Below, one piece after another: positions 10,920 to 22,343 of a DNA stretch of 64,000 bases; the stretch's first letter is position 1, and each line of letters begins with the position of its first letter. Below the pieces are notes generated by a model. That model had not been told where the DNA came from and made no database searches. It saw only the letters and a list, made by a program, of their open reading frames with translations. The position numbers and the translations under genes are program-made. Origin of the DNA: Elsinoe ampelina (taxonomy: Eukaryota); contig ML992508.1 of NCBI GenBank assembly GCA_010093995.1, positions 1,272,282-1,336,281 of the forward strand. Reading direction: 5' to 3'.

Positions 10920-13900
10920 ATAGCTAGTTAGTAGACTACTAACTCGAGGGATAGCTATTATAAGAAGGCCTTATACCTTCTAGGTAGTAATAACTTAGTT
11001 AATCTATTAGCTAAGGTGTCTACTAATAGTGTCTATGTTACTAAGATAGGGCTAGATAGATCTCTAGCTAGATTAATCTCTTGTCTTAGCTAGTAATAAT
11101 AGATATTAATATAATAAAGGCGTATATTAAGCTTCTTAATTAGACTAGTAATAAGGCTAATTATTTACTAATTATTACACTAAATGCTAATATACTTAAG
11201 AAGATAGATAAAGGCTATTAGCCTCCTCTACTATATAGCTTACTTAGTAGTCTCTATAAGAGTAAGTAGCTTAGCCTCTATAGTTAATGTTATAACTATT
11301 AATTGCTTTATAGCCTTCTAGTTAATTAATTCTTAAAACATCTTAAAGAGATAGCCTTAAAAGCTCTTCCTTATTAGGTAGCTACTAAAGCTAGTATCTA
11401 ATAAAGCTTAAAAGATTAGTAGTATTAAGCTATTAAAGGTAAGAGTTAAATTCTTAGTTTTATAGAGATATTAGATTACTCTATTTACTATTCTCTAGTA
11501 AGTTAGTAATAGATTTATTAGATACTCTAACAATCTAGAAGTAGCAAAGGCTATATTAGGCCTTATAATAACTACTATAAAGTTAATAGATCTAACCTTT
11601 TACTAATATAGGTAGATCTCTTATAGTAATACCTAGCCTTTATAAGGTTAGAGTATCTTAATTAGTAGTAGTATTAACACTAGCCTTGTTAGTTCTATAA
11701 TAAACTTGCTATATATCTATTATATATACTAGGCTTAGCTAAGCTAGAGTCTCTTTATTAGTCTATCCCTTTTAACTTAAATAGCTAGAAACTAGCTTAG
11801 ATCTCTAAGTACCTTTATCTTATATTTAGTATAGAGAGCTATAATAATAGTATTAGCTTTCTCTTTGTGCTTCTTAAGGTATATAATAGTAATATTATCT
11901 ACAAAGAAGAAGATTATCACTTTAGGTATTATCTAGAGGCATAGAGCCTTAGGGGCTTAAGTAAATCTAATGCCCTTTAGAGTAGTAGTAAATTTAGTAT
12001 ACTAGAGAGCTAGAGCTTACTTTAGGCTATATAGTACCTTATTAAGCAATAGAATTGCCTCTAATAGAGTAATACTAGGATAGTCCTTTATAAGATCCTC
12101 TACTACTAGCTTAAATCTAGTAGAGATAGTATAGTAGGTAGTCTTATTAATAGGACTATTAATATAAGCTTAATAACATCTATCTAGATAGCCTCTATAT
12201 CTTTGTAAGTAAGTAATACTATAAGCATTCTAAAGATCTTAGCTACTAGAGTTACTATATAAGTCTTAGATTCTATTAATTAGAGATTACCCCTTATATA
12301 GACTTTTACTTTATGCTTTATAACTTCTCCTTTATTATTAACTTTATAGGTAAATACCTATATTAAAGAGACAAGCTTACTAGTAGCTTAAGCTACTAGT
12401 ATAATAGTCTATATATATTTTAAGTATAAAGTAAGTAATTTAACCTTTATAGCCTCTTAAAATTACTTCTTATAAGAATAAGCCTTAAGTTCTTTAATAT
12501 TAGCTAGTAGTAGTAGAAGATTGTCCCTTAATTCTAGCTTAGGCTAAGTTAGTGTTATTAATAGATAAGCATTAAAGGCTTAGTAATATCTAGGAGCCTT
12601 ATTAGTTTATATAAGAGTAGCAATATATACTTACCTTCTTAGTTTTCTTATTCTTCTTATTATAAGAATATATTTAGGAAGAAAGTTAGCTAACCTTATA
12701 GTAATTCTTTAAGGGGGTTACTTAGGCTAAGCTTTAACTACCTCTTTAGTCTAAACTTCTATCTTATCTCCTTTAGCTTTATCTCCTCCTAGTAGTAGAG
12801 GAGATAGCTATACTACTATAGATAGTAGTAAGGCTAGAGTATTAAAGAACTATTTATTTAATAAAGATTCCTAGATCTAAGCTAAGTTTAGATCTAGAAT
12901 AGCCTTATCTAATTAGTCTAATAGAGGTAGTAACTAATCTAGTGTAATAGAGTAACCCTTATCTAGCTACTAAGATAGGCTTAGCTCTTAATCTAGATTA
13001 CTCTAACTTAGAGTCTAAGATAGTATCTAGTTTAGCTACTAAACTAGATTCTAAACTAGATTCTAAACTAGATTCTAAACTAGATACTAAACTAGATTCT
13101 AAACTAGATTCTAAACTAGATACTAAACTAGATTCTAAACTAGATTCTAAACTAGATTTAGTTTAGTTATTCTCTCTACTTTATGCACCTCTTTAGATTT
13201 ATTAACCTCCTATAGGAGCCTTAGTAGATTAAGTAATCTAATTAGTTTTAGCTAAGGTTATTCCTCTAGCTTATAGAACTAAGTCTTATTAAATCTAACA
13301 TCTCTTATTTTAATAACCTTCTTAGAGGTTAGTATAAAGATCCTAAAGATGTTAGTTAAGTTATAGCTAACTAGATAGCTAATATAAGCCCTTAGTATAA
13401 GCTTGTTACTACTTATAATAAGCTTATCTAAAGTATAAGCTTTATATCTAAGTAGCCTAAGATAAGCAACTAATAGAAAACATCTATAAACTAGCTTAAA
13501 AGAAGTCTTCTAGTCTAGCTTCTTAAGAGGTATTCTATTAATTAGATAGGCTACTAATCTATATAGTTTAGAGTATAATTCCCTTAGTAGATTAGTAAAG
13601 ATAGTAATTGCCCTTACTCTCTTTAATAGCATAGCTCCTATTCTTTTATTATAGCTATTCTAAGCTTAAGTATATAGAGTAGATAGCTTATAATAGATTT
13701 CTTTACTATCTAGGAAGATAGTAAATTTAAGGCTAAAGGCCCTCTTATTATTACTCCTAAGGAATCTAATTTTAAAGCTAAAATTGCTTTTAATATAAGT
13801 AATTATCTTAATATAGATTTTATTAATCTTATATCTATAAGTATAAGTAGCAACTAGTTAATAGTTAGTAGTCCTATAAGTAAAGTAGCTTATATATCTT

Positions 13901-15640
13901 ACCTTATTATAGCTAGTAAATCTATTAATAATAATATTAAAAGTAGTTCTCTTAAATAGCTTTAATATAGCAAGTTTATTGTTAGGACTCCTTAATATAA
14001 TCTACTAAGCATTTAATAGCTTACAAGTCTAATATAGAGACCTAAGATAAATTAGTTAAGCTAAACTAGGCTTAGTTAGAGTTAGTTCACTACTAACTAT
14101 AGTAGTTAGAAGGTAATTAATAGACTCTAGGCTTAGATAGCCTATAACTTTATACTAAGATTAATTAGTCCTTATAGTAACTATAGTAAATACTAATAGT
14201 AGATAATTATTATTATCCCTTAATACTATAGTAGTAATATTAGGAGCTTTAGAGTTATCCTTAAGAATATATTAGTTGTACTTTAGTATAACTAAGAAGA
14301 GCACTTTTCCTTTATAGCTAATTTCTATAGTTTAAGTGTTCTAGTAAACTCTACTATTAATAAACCTCCTAAGGCTAACTAGATTAGTTATAATTAATAG
14401 TATATAAGCTACCTTTATAAGATAGATAGTTATAGGCTTTCCTTTATAAAGAGCTATAATATTAATAGTTCTCTAACTCTTAATACTAAGTAAAGTATTA
14501 CTATAGAATAGCTTCTTATAAGGTTCTATAATTCTAGTAACCTTATATCTATCCTTTATAGTATAATTATAGATATAATTAGTTACTCTAGAATCTAGTA
14601 TCTATAAGCTTAAGATATTAATAGTAGCTAAGATAAATACTAAGTGTAATCTAATAGTAACAGCTATATTAATTAATACTAGTAGAGTTAACCCCTTCTA
14701 ATATTATACTTCCTTAGTAATAGAAGCCTTAATTCTCTCTTTAAGAGTTTTATTATTTAGCCTTTATTTAATCTCCTTTATAGTCTACTAGTTTAGTATC
14801 TATCCTTCTAGCCTTAGATACTTATTTAAGTAATAGCACTTAATCTACTTATACTAGCCTTAGTATATACATTTAGGCTCCTTAGAGAGACTAGGTTTCT
14901 TATAAAGAACATTCTTAGTAGCTATAGGGAAGGCTATAGCCTCCTTACTAGCCTTTATAGTACTATATAGCTTATAGAGTTTATAAAACTATCTAAACTT
15001 AGTAATTAGTTTAAGTATAGTTAGTAGAGTTAGTAAATCTAGATTAATAAGGTACTTATTAGTAAATGCTAGTTTAGTCTTTAAGATAGAGAGTAAGAAG
15101 TCTCTCTATAGCCTTAAGCCTTAAGCTTCTAGTAGATTATAGTTCCTAGCCTTATCTATAACCTCTTTCTATTACTAAAGCTAATAGTCTATATTCTATA
15201 AAGAAGAGCTAGATAGCTACTTCCTCTAGAGTACCTTAACCTCGAGCTAAATAGCTATATTAGATAGAGCAAATCTGTTTTTTAAGGCTTAAAGAATAGC
15301 CTATAGGTAAGGATCCCCTTCTAGTTAGATAACAGTAAGAACTTATAGTATAATTAATAACTAAATAAGGCTTATAAGATCTACTAAGGCCTTAAGCTAT
15401 TTATTATACTATACTTGTTCCTCCTTATATATCTAGAAGAGTACTAAGAAGTTAATATTTGCTACTTCTAGCCTCTAAGGCTTAGGGAGCTCTTCTAGTT
15501 TAATAGTCTTCTAGGGATTAATAAGGTTCTATATCTTAGTATTTAATGCTCTTATCTTAATAATATATAGCTAGCTAGCCTATTTAGCTAATATAGTAAG
15601 AATAATAAGTGTTCTAGCTATTAAGGTATTAGTATCTATA
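10920..15640 (-). pseudogene. RIP-degenerate gag-pol of the outer copia element (ends approximate)
   Basis: Minus-strand integrase, RT and RNase H relics in copia order, with many stops. Confidence 0.82.
13039..13158. repeat. Tandem repeat: 10 copies of the 12-bp unit CTAAACTAGAT(T/A)
   Basis: Counted directly. Lies in the integrase-RT linker of the outer element. Confidence 0.95.
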
Positions 15641-15807
15641 GTTATTTATCCCTTTATTAACACCTAAATCCTATAGTTATAGTTAAGGCAGTTTTTAACA
15701 GATTCTAATACTTAAAAAGTAAGATAGTAGAGAATTAACTAATAAATAGAGTAGGAAAGCAACTAAGTAATGTACTTATATAGGGGTAGTTATACTAGGC
15801 TTATAAC

Positions 15808-16067
15808 TATTAACTTATGTAGGGGAGGAAAAAGGATTAATTACTACCTAATCTACTAAACTAAGGTAGATTATAACTACATAAATACTTAACCTAATAA
15901 ACTAAGAGATAGATAAATTAATAGAACTCCTAAGTAACAACAGATTAAGACAATAACTATCCAATTTGATCATGACTTGGTGGAGTAGTAGATAAGTGTT
16001 CAGTTCCACCAAGGGATGAACTGAATCAGGGTCCTTCTTGGCGCTCCAGCTTATACCTCGGTTGACA
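15808..16067 (-). repeat. 5' LTR of the outer copia element
   Basis: Matches 3762-3788 plus 10656-10888, and is followed by the TSD GGGTA. Confidence 0.93.
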
Positions 16068-16245
16068 GGGTAACGAGAGCACGTGATTTCTTTGGTGGGG
16101 TTGATGTTGACATCACCGCCATCTTTTTCTCTCAGCCTGAACAAAGCTTCTTCGAAACACCAGTTGCATTCAACGCACTTTGCAACACATCTAGACAAAG
16201 AGTACCACAAGTGAATCCCACGCAGCCATCACCACCAGCTTCACC

Positions 16246-16808
16246 ATGTCCAACGCAATTCCAACATCCACCTCCATCAACGAGACTGCCGTCATCAAGG
16301 CACCTCTCTCCCACGTCTGGCACCACATCAAGCTCCAGGACTTTGCCAACTTCTGGGGCGCTCTGAGCAAGTCAGAGTACGTCAAGGGAGCATCACCAGA
16401 GACCGACATTGTCAAGTGGACTTTCAAGGATGGCCACGTACTGGAGGTCAAGCAGGAGGAGCACTCTGTGAGGCATCCAGCTCAATAGCAAGGGCATCCA
16501 CGGTAATCTAACACACCCAGACCATCAACCACTACATCACGTATTCTGTCATCACCTCCAACCCAGCCTTGAGTTACAGCAGCGTTGTCAGCACGGTCCG
16601 CGCCTACCCAGTCACAAGCGGTGAGCTGGAGGGATCTACCTTTATCGAGTGGACTGGCAACTTCTCCTCTGATGCGGGCGCTGGTAGGACCAAGTTCAAT
16701 ACTCAAGAGAATTCTCAATGCTAACACTAGTCAGATGTTATCGAGGATGGAAAGTACAAGCGCCGCGAAGCTCTGGCTGATCTGGCCAAGGCCGCCGCGA
16801 AGAAGTGA
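16246..16808 (+). CDS. Bet v1-like / SRPBCC (START-fold) protein; exons 16246-16467, 16521-16683, 16735-16808
   Basis: ETAVIKAPLSHVWHHIK ... ITYSVI ... STFIEWTGNFSSDA ... KYKRREALADL. Both introns are GT-AG with CTAAC branch sites and keep the frame. Confidence 0.85.
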
Positions 16809-17136
16809 GCACCCACGCACGACTAGGACGGCAAGAGAATGAGGACAGTCTGGGCGAAAGAGCTGGGACGAAACTACGCATCAGAAATACCAAAAAAGCA
16901 TGTAGATACAGAACGAATCAACACGATCAATGACCACATCTCCAATTGCCATTCCCATCCCGCCCCTCCTCCAGCCCCGCTTCCCCGCCCCCAGAAAAAC
17001 CTCAACCCATCCATACTCCAGTATCCATCCTCGACTCTCTCTTTCTCAATTCCTCTCCTCTATCTTCCTCCCTCCTTCAAGCCACCTCGCCTCTCTCCTA
17101 ACAGCTCGCAATTTCCCGCCCAGCTTGCAGTCCAAA

Positions 17137-18309
17137 ATGCCCAAAATCCTCCGCCTCGCGACCTCACAATCCCACACCCTCCCCACCACCGCCGCCACCC
17201 TCTCCGCCCTCTCCCAAACCACCCACCTCGCAGCCAGCAAAGGCGTCTCCCTCATCCTCTTCCCAGAAGCACTGCTTGGCGGCTATCCTCGCACCTGCGC
17301 CTTCGGAGCCTCCATCGGCTCCCGCACCCCGGCCGGCCGCGAGCAATTCCTACAGTACTTCCACTCCGCCATCGACCTAGGCGACACCCCCCTCGGGGCA
17401 GGCGACGACTGGGTCGAGCGACGACTGCCCATCGCCAAGGGAAGAGAATACCGCGGCGACGGCACAAGAGAGGCGTTGGAGCGCATTGCGCGCGAAACCG
17501 GAGTTTTCATCGTCACGGGTCTCGTGGAGAAGGCAGGCGGGACACTGTACTGCGCCGTCGTGTACGTCGACCCGACTCGCGGCGTCCTGGGGAAGAGGAG
17601 GAAGGTCATGCCCACTGGATCGGAGAGGTTGGTGTGGGGTCAGGGGAGCCCGGGGACTTTGAAGGCTGTTGTGGCGGAGATCAAAGGCGTGAGGGTCGTG
17701 ATGGGGAGCGCGATTTGTTGGTAGAATTACATGCCTTTGCTGAGGTATAGTTTGTATGCGCAGGATGTGAATCTCTGGTTGGCGCCGACGGCGGATGCGA
17801 GGGAGACGTGGAGGGGTTTGATGCAGACTGTGGCGGGCGAGGGGAGGTGTTTTGTTTTGTCGGCGAATATGTGTGTCAGGAGGAGGAGTTTGCCGGGGTG
17901 GGTGAGGGGGGAGAGCGAGACGGAGACGGTGCAGGGGGAGGGGCAGGGGTTGGGTCAGGGGCGGGCGAGGGAGAGGAGGAAGAGTGTGGTGGTCAAGGAG
18001 GAGCAGCATGAGTTGGTGTTGCCGGCGGGGGAGCAGGCACAGGTGAATGGGACGAAGGTCTCGGCGGTGGTGGACGAGGAGGGCGGAGATGAGTTTGTGT
18101 GCAGGGGTGGCTCATGTATCGTCGGACCTTTGGGAGAGGTGCTTGCTGAGCCGCTATGGGAGGTCGAGGAGGGCGGGCTGCAGATTGTGGATGCAGATTT
18201 CGAAGACTGCGAACGGGGCAGGCTTGACTTGGATGTTGCGGGATCATACTCAAGAAATGATGCATTCAAGCTGACGGTGGAGGGCCTTGATTTGAACCCG
18301 CCTCCCTGA
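17137..18309 (+). pseudogene. NIT1: Nitrilase (NIT1-like, carbon-nitrogen hydrolase family) with one in-frame TAG at 17722-17724
   Basis: LILFPEA (catalytic Glu), KRRKVMPT (catalytic Lys), then ICW*NYMPLLR where the family has ICWENYMP. The frame continues to DLDVAGSYSR ... PPP. Confidence 0.82.
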
Positions 18310-18342
18310 TGTGATCCGAGATGACCATGTATATAATGCTAT

Positions 18343-20529
18343 CTAGCGGCCGGAGTAATCAGGCTTGAATGCAAGCGCTCCTCCCTTTGTCAACTCTCTC
18401 AGAGCCATGGTGGCATACTGGCTGCTTCCTAGTTGCATCTTGACAAGCAAAGCAGTCTTTGTGCTCTCACTGTCATCATGCATGGGGAGGTCCGTTTTGC
18501 GCTCGAGCCTGTCCAGGTCGGTGATCAGGAGCTGTTCGTCATCCTCGACATACTTCTTCAGCTCATACGACACCTTTTCTGGTCTGGCCATGACCTTCCT
18601 GTAGCTCCCGCTCAGACTGATGTCTTTCCACTTTCTGCGCATGTCATTCGGATCCAAGCCGTCTTTGGCCATGAAATCTTTGTAGAAGTCTCCCACGGCG
18701 TTGTCGGGATACGCGATATCATACCCTGGCTGCGGAAGGACAATGTCGAAGATGGTGTACTTTCCACTCTCAGCTTCTTCACTGCTCAGCGGACGGGCTC
18801 GCTCAAATTTGTCTTCAACAGCTGTGGCACTGTCGTCGCCAGTTGGACGGATAATGACCTCTCCCTCGTCGTCGATGTCTGCATCATCCTTGCCGTTTGC
18901 GGGCTCTTCCTTGTTGATAATCACCAGGTCGCCAGCAACCACCTTGTTGCCGTAGACTTCCTGTCGTTTTGCAGCCGCGGCGTTCCAAACCAAGCTCTGG
19001 TAAGCATGCACATACATCAGTCGCAGATTGCGTGGTATCTGCATCAAGGCGCCCTGCCAGTCTTCCAGCCTCGTCTGTGTCTCCGTCTTTCGATCAGCAG
19101 CTCCTAGATATCTGATGATAGCATTCTCAGCTTGGAATCTTCTGGGCAGCTTGTCGATGGCTTTGCCGATCTTGTGCGTCTTGTTCCATGTGTTTATCGC
19201 ATCGGCTCTGGCGATGTCGTCTCGCGCGAACTTGCCACCAAAGTTCTGGTTACTAGACTCCCCTAGCAGGTCCTGGGAAAATTCGAGGATGCCGTCGACT
19301 GCACCTTTGAGGTCTCCTTGGAGCATGCGCTTGCCAACCTCATCTGTGCTGGTGTTGTAAGTGCCGAATCGCTGCAGACCATAGTAGTTGATGAAGCCGT
19401 TGTCTCGGAAGGCCGAGACTGCTGATGAGATTGAGTCTTCCAACTTTGTGCCGCTCGACTGATCAAATAATCGGCACTCCCTCAAAGCTATGTTGAACTC
19501 ATTGCCGAGCAGATCACCCAATTGCAGGCCTTCCTTTCTGTACTCGAAACTGCTCAATCTCGCTCCCCTCAGTCTCGGATTGAAAGCCTGCATCCTCTCC
19601 TTCGTGAGGCGATATGCACTCACTCGTTGTGCTGTGACGCCACGTCGATCCTTGGTTCCGGCGAATTGAAAATTCTTGACAGCAAGTTTGAGCTGGCTCG
19701 CAATAAAGTACAGGACTTCCATCGTGTCTTTGTTCTCCTTGTACAAGGTAAAGTGAAGATATTCGCCACCTAGCTCGTCCCAACCTACCTTGCCTTTGGC
19801 AATTGGTCCGTTGCCTTTATGCGGGAGTTGCCTATACCCTTTCCTTGGAGCAGCAGCAGCTTTGATAAGAATACGATTGTCGTCACCAGTGATGGTCTCA
19901 ACCCGTCCTTGGAATGCTTTCCGCACAGCAACATGTGCGTCTGTCCGTTGCTGCTTATCTTCGATCGGCTCCGAGTTGTGTTGGGGCAAATCTCGTGGCT
20001 TACGGTCTGGGTGGGCTAGAATCTTCTTGTACAGGTCCTGCATGAAATTTACGGCTTCGACACCAAAGATTGCCTGCAGTTCCGTCACATGTTCGGCCGA
20101 CACGGCCGCTTGCCCCTGATCCTGATCGTTCTTCTGCGGGTTCTCTGCCTCACCTTCCGGCTGGGAATCTGGATTGCCATTCTGCTTGGGCTCCAACTCG
20201 ACGGCCGGTTTCGCGTGTGACTGTGCATCGCCCTCAGCGTCCCTGCGTGGCTGAGGTTCCCGTGGTGGTGGAGGCTCCAGATGCGCCGTCTTGCCCGAGG
20301 GATCCACTTCATTGACTAGAAAGTCAGTGAAACGTTGCTTGACGATACATGAAAATCCTGGCGTAGAGGACACAAAAGCAGTGACACCAAACTTCCGTTC
20401 TTGCTCCAATTGCTCGTGGGCTGCTTTGAGTGTCGGGTCTTGAAGAATTGAGTCAATGGATGGATCAGTGGATGAATCGACGCCTTCATCCAGTCGTTGG
20501 CGCTTTCGAGGATGGTCTACATCGGCCAT
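18343..20529 (-). CDS. PUS7: Pseudouridine synthase Pus7 (TruD family), 728 aa
   Basis: KQRFTDFLVNE, HFTLYKENKDT, AGTKDRRGVT (catalytic Asp), GNEFNIALR, FINYYGLQRFG, YVHAYQS, SQYATMALRE. Confidence 0.96.
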   Translation of the reverse strand: MADVDHPRKRQRLDEGVDSSTDPSIDSILQDPTLKAAHEQLEQERKFGVTAFVSSTPGFSCIVKQRFTDFLVNEVDPSGKTAHLEPPPPREPQPRRDAEGDAQSHAKPAVELEPKQNGNPDSQPEGEAENPQKNDQDQGQAAVSAEHVTELQAIFGVEAVNFMQDLYKKILAHPDRKPRDLPQHNSEPIEDKQQRTDAHVAVRKAFQGRVETITGDDNRILIKAAAAPRKGYRQLPHKGNGPIAKGKVGWDELGGEYLHFTLYKENKDTMEVLYFIASQLKLAVKNFQFAGTKDRRGVTAQRVSAYRLTKERMQAFNPRLRGARLSSFEYRKEGLQLGDLLGNEFNIALRECRLFDQSSGTKLEDSISSAVSAFRDNGFINYYGLQRFGTYNTSTDEVGKRMLQGDLKGAVDGILEFSQDLLGESSNQNFGGKFARDDIARADAINTWNKTHKIGKAIDKLPRRFQAENAIIRYLGAADRKTETQTRLEDWQGALMQIPRNLRLMYVHAYQSLVWNAAAAKRQEVYGNKVVAGDLVIINKEEPANGKDDADIDDEGEVIIRPTGDDSATAVEDKFERARPLSSEEAESGKYTIFDIVLPQPGYDIAYPDNAVGDFYKDFMAKDGLDPNDMRRKWKDISLSGSYRKVMARPEKVSYELKKYVEDDEQLLITDLDRLERKTDLPMHDDSESTKTALLVKMQLGSSQYATMALRELTKGGALAFKPDYSGR

Positions 20530-21125
20530 CTTGTGAGTTTAATACGTTGCAGTGTGGCAAGAGAAATTCTGATGGATAGATCTTCAAATGAATCGTGGAT
20601 CTTGATCGCATGACTCGCGTCCCCGGCAATTCTTATCTACAACAACAAGTACTCTCCTCGATCTCCTTTCATTCACTTGTCATCGTTTTCATCATGTGAT
20701 TGCTACATCTACTTGGGCTACCTCAGCTATCAGGATCATGAGGCTTGATAAATCATCACCCCAAGTCAACATGGTACGCAGCCCATAGAACAAAGCCGGT
20801 CGATTTGTGGCCTTCCTTTGTCACAGGTCTCGCAAAACACGCGTCCAAAGCACCCATCGCTCATTCATAAGACAATGGCCTTGTAAGAGTCCTTCCAAGT
20901 CTTTGTCCCTCCACGACCTTTGTCTGCAGTGAAACCGTGGTAAGAAGCAAGCACAAGCTCCGTTGACTCAGACTGGGTATATCTGAGAGCGGCCCCTATG
21001 TATCTCTTCTGCTCGTCACCATTCTCTGCATCTCTCCGCCCCCTACGAGTCCCAGGACTGGTTCCTGGCTCAACACTCCATCTCTCTTCCGTCAACTCAT
21101 CCTCCGCCCACGCAACACCTTCATC

Positions 21126-22343
21126 ATGTCTACTTCAATCTCCGACGATGACGACTGGGCCACCCGTTTGTCCCAAGAGATTGTCTTCGAGGGTACAAAT
21201 GACTATGCTGCGGACATGCGGGCATTCCTTGCCGAGCCTTTCAATCCTGTCAGCTACCCTACCACCTACCAGCAGGCTCTTGACATGTTCGCAGTAGATC
21301 CCATGAACACTCCGAACCCGTTCTCCATGCCAGACGCCCCAAGCTATTTTGGCCCTTCTGACCCGGCTTCAGAGACTCGTGTGACTCCGTTCGCCCCCTC
21401 ATACAACTTCTCCACCCTGTACGACGACCACTCCAACCTGCTGACCAACTTCCGCACAGCCACTGCTGAGTTCATCTATACCTCGAAAGGTACGCTGATA
21501 GACAGGTACTCGGGCTCACAGATCAACGACTTCATCTACAATCGTCCTCCCGGTCGCACTCTCACCGCCTGGGTCCGCCGCTCCCCCCAAGCCGTCAGTG
21601 GCCGAACGCCCCACGGTGGGTTGCCGGAATGCATGTGCGCCGAATGCCCCCAAATCCGTCTCCATTTCCACCGCCGCGAGCCCAACCCCATCAACCGCGG
21701 CGAGTACCTCATCGCTTTCGACGAGCTCGACCGTTTCCGCGGCGACCTCAACATCGACCCCTACGCCATCTCAGGCTACATCCACTTCTACTGCCTCGAG
21801 CGCTTCGTCGGTCTACACAAGCTCATCATGACCATCGGCGACAGCCTCGACAACTTCCACCAGCCCCTCCAGCTCGACAACCGCAAGTACCTCCCCAGCG
21901 AGCCCAACAACGGCCGCTGGGCCTGCGCCATCTCCGACAACGACGTGGCCATCATCGAGCGCTTCCGCCAAGTCTGCAACGACTCTGGCGGCCAAGCCCC
22001 CTCGGACTACCCCACTGCAGCGGAGTTCAGCCTCCCTGGCGGGGACCACGCTCGCTCCGTGCTCAAGTGTCTCCACGCCCGCAAGTGGGAGGACTTGAAG
22101 ACGGGTGACAAGCGGGTGGCGCATAGACGTGAGGTCGACGGGCATCTGCAGCATGTGCACCAGGGTGATCTGGAGGTGTACGTGGCGACGAGGTTGAGGC
22201 AGATGCACAGGTCTGATTTGATCACGCCGAGGCAGAGGGATTTGTTGTACGATGCGAAGAAGTATTGGATAGGGCAGAAGATGGAGTTTCAGAGGGCTGA
22301 TGAGGCGGAGGCGAAGCGGAAGGAGGAGGCGAAGAAGAGGTAG
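21126..22343 (+). CDS. Hypothetical protein, 405 aa
   Basis: Long ATG-started ORF with coding-like codon bias. Contains CMCAEC and GYIHFYCLE; no family recognised. Confidence 0.65.
   Translation: MSTSISDDDDWATRLSQEIVFEGTNDYAADMRAFLAEPFNPVSYPTTYQQALDMFAVDPMNTPNPFSMPDAPSYFGPSDPASETRVTPFAPSYNFSTLYDDHSNLLTNFRTATAEFIYTSKGTLIDRYSGSQINDFIYNRPPGRTLTAWVRRSPQAVSGRTPHGGLPECMCAECPQIRLHFHRREPNPINRGEYLIAFDELDRFRGDLNIDPYAISGYIHFYCLERFVGLHKLIMTIGDSLDNFHQPLQLDNRKYLPSEPNNGRWACAISDNDVAIIERFRQVCNDSGGQAPSDYPTAAEFSLPGGDHARSVLKCLHARKWEDLKTGDKRVAHRREVDGHLQHVHQGDLEVYVATRLRQMHRSDLITPRQRDLLYDAKKYWIGQKMEFQRADEAEAKRKEEAKKR

Larger units (their letters stand above)
3762..16067 (-). mobile_element. Outer Ty1/copia LTR retrotransposon, RIP-inactivated; its 3' LTR is split by a second element
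   Basis: 260-bp LTRs: 15808-16067, and 3762-3788 plus 10656-10888. TG...CA ends. TSD GGGTA at 3757-3761 and 16068-16072. Minus-strand PBS relic GTTATAAGCC (15798-15807) and PPT AAAGGGGTG (10889-10897). Degenerate minus-strand motifs: IRFLRSNN (integrase), KVLYSLK*A and FFFVDNI (RT), LANRLTK (RNase H). Confidence 0.93.

Noticed and set aside
13039..13158. Regular short repeats as a CRISPR array or telomeric tract
   Set aside because: Head-to-tail 12-mers with no spacers, not TTAGGG, inside a eukaryotic retroelement.
3960..15950. AT-rich ORF-free block as a centromere, organellar insertion or alternative-genetic-code region
   Set aside because: LTRs, TSDs and copia domain relics with CpA>TpA changes explain it as RIP-mutated retrotransposons.
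17722..17724. Nitrilase TAG as a restorative A-to-I editing site or an intron boundary
   Set aside because: Editing gives Trp where Glu is conserved, and the flanking residues are colinear with the family motif, leaving no room for an intron.
16839..18009. Long Pro/Arg/His-rich alternative-frame and antisense ORFs over the nitrilase (also over URH1, ALKBH6-like and the 405-aa gene)
   Set aside because: Shadow ORFs produced by extreme C/G skew and scarce stop codons; low complexity, no motifs.
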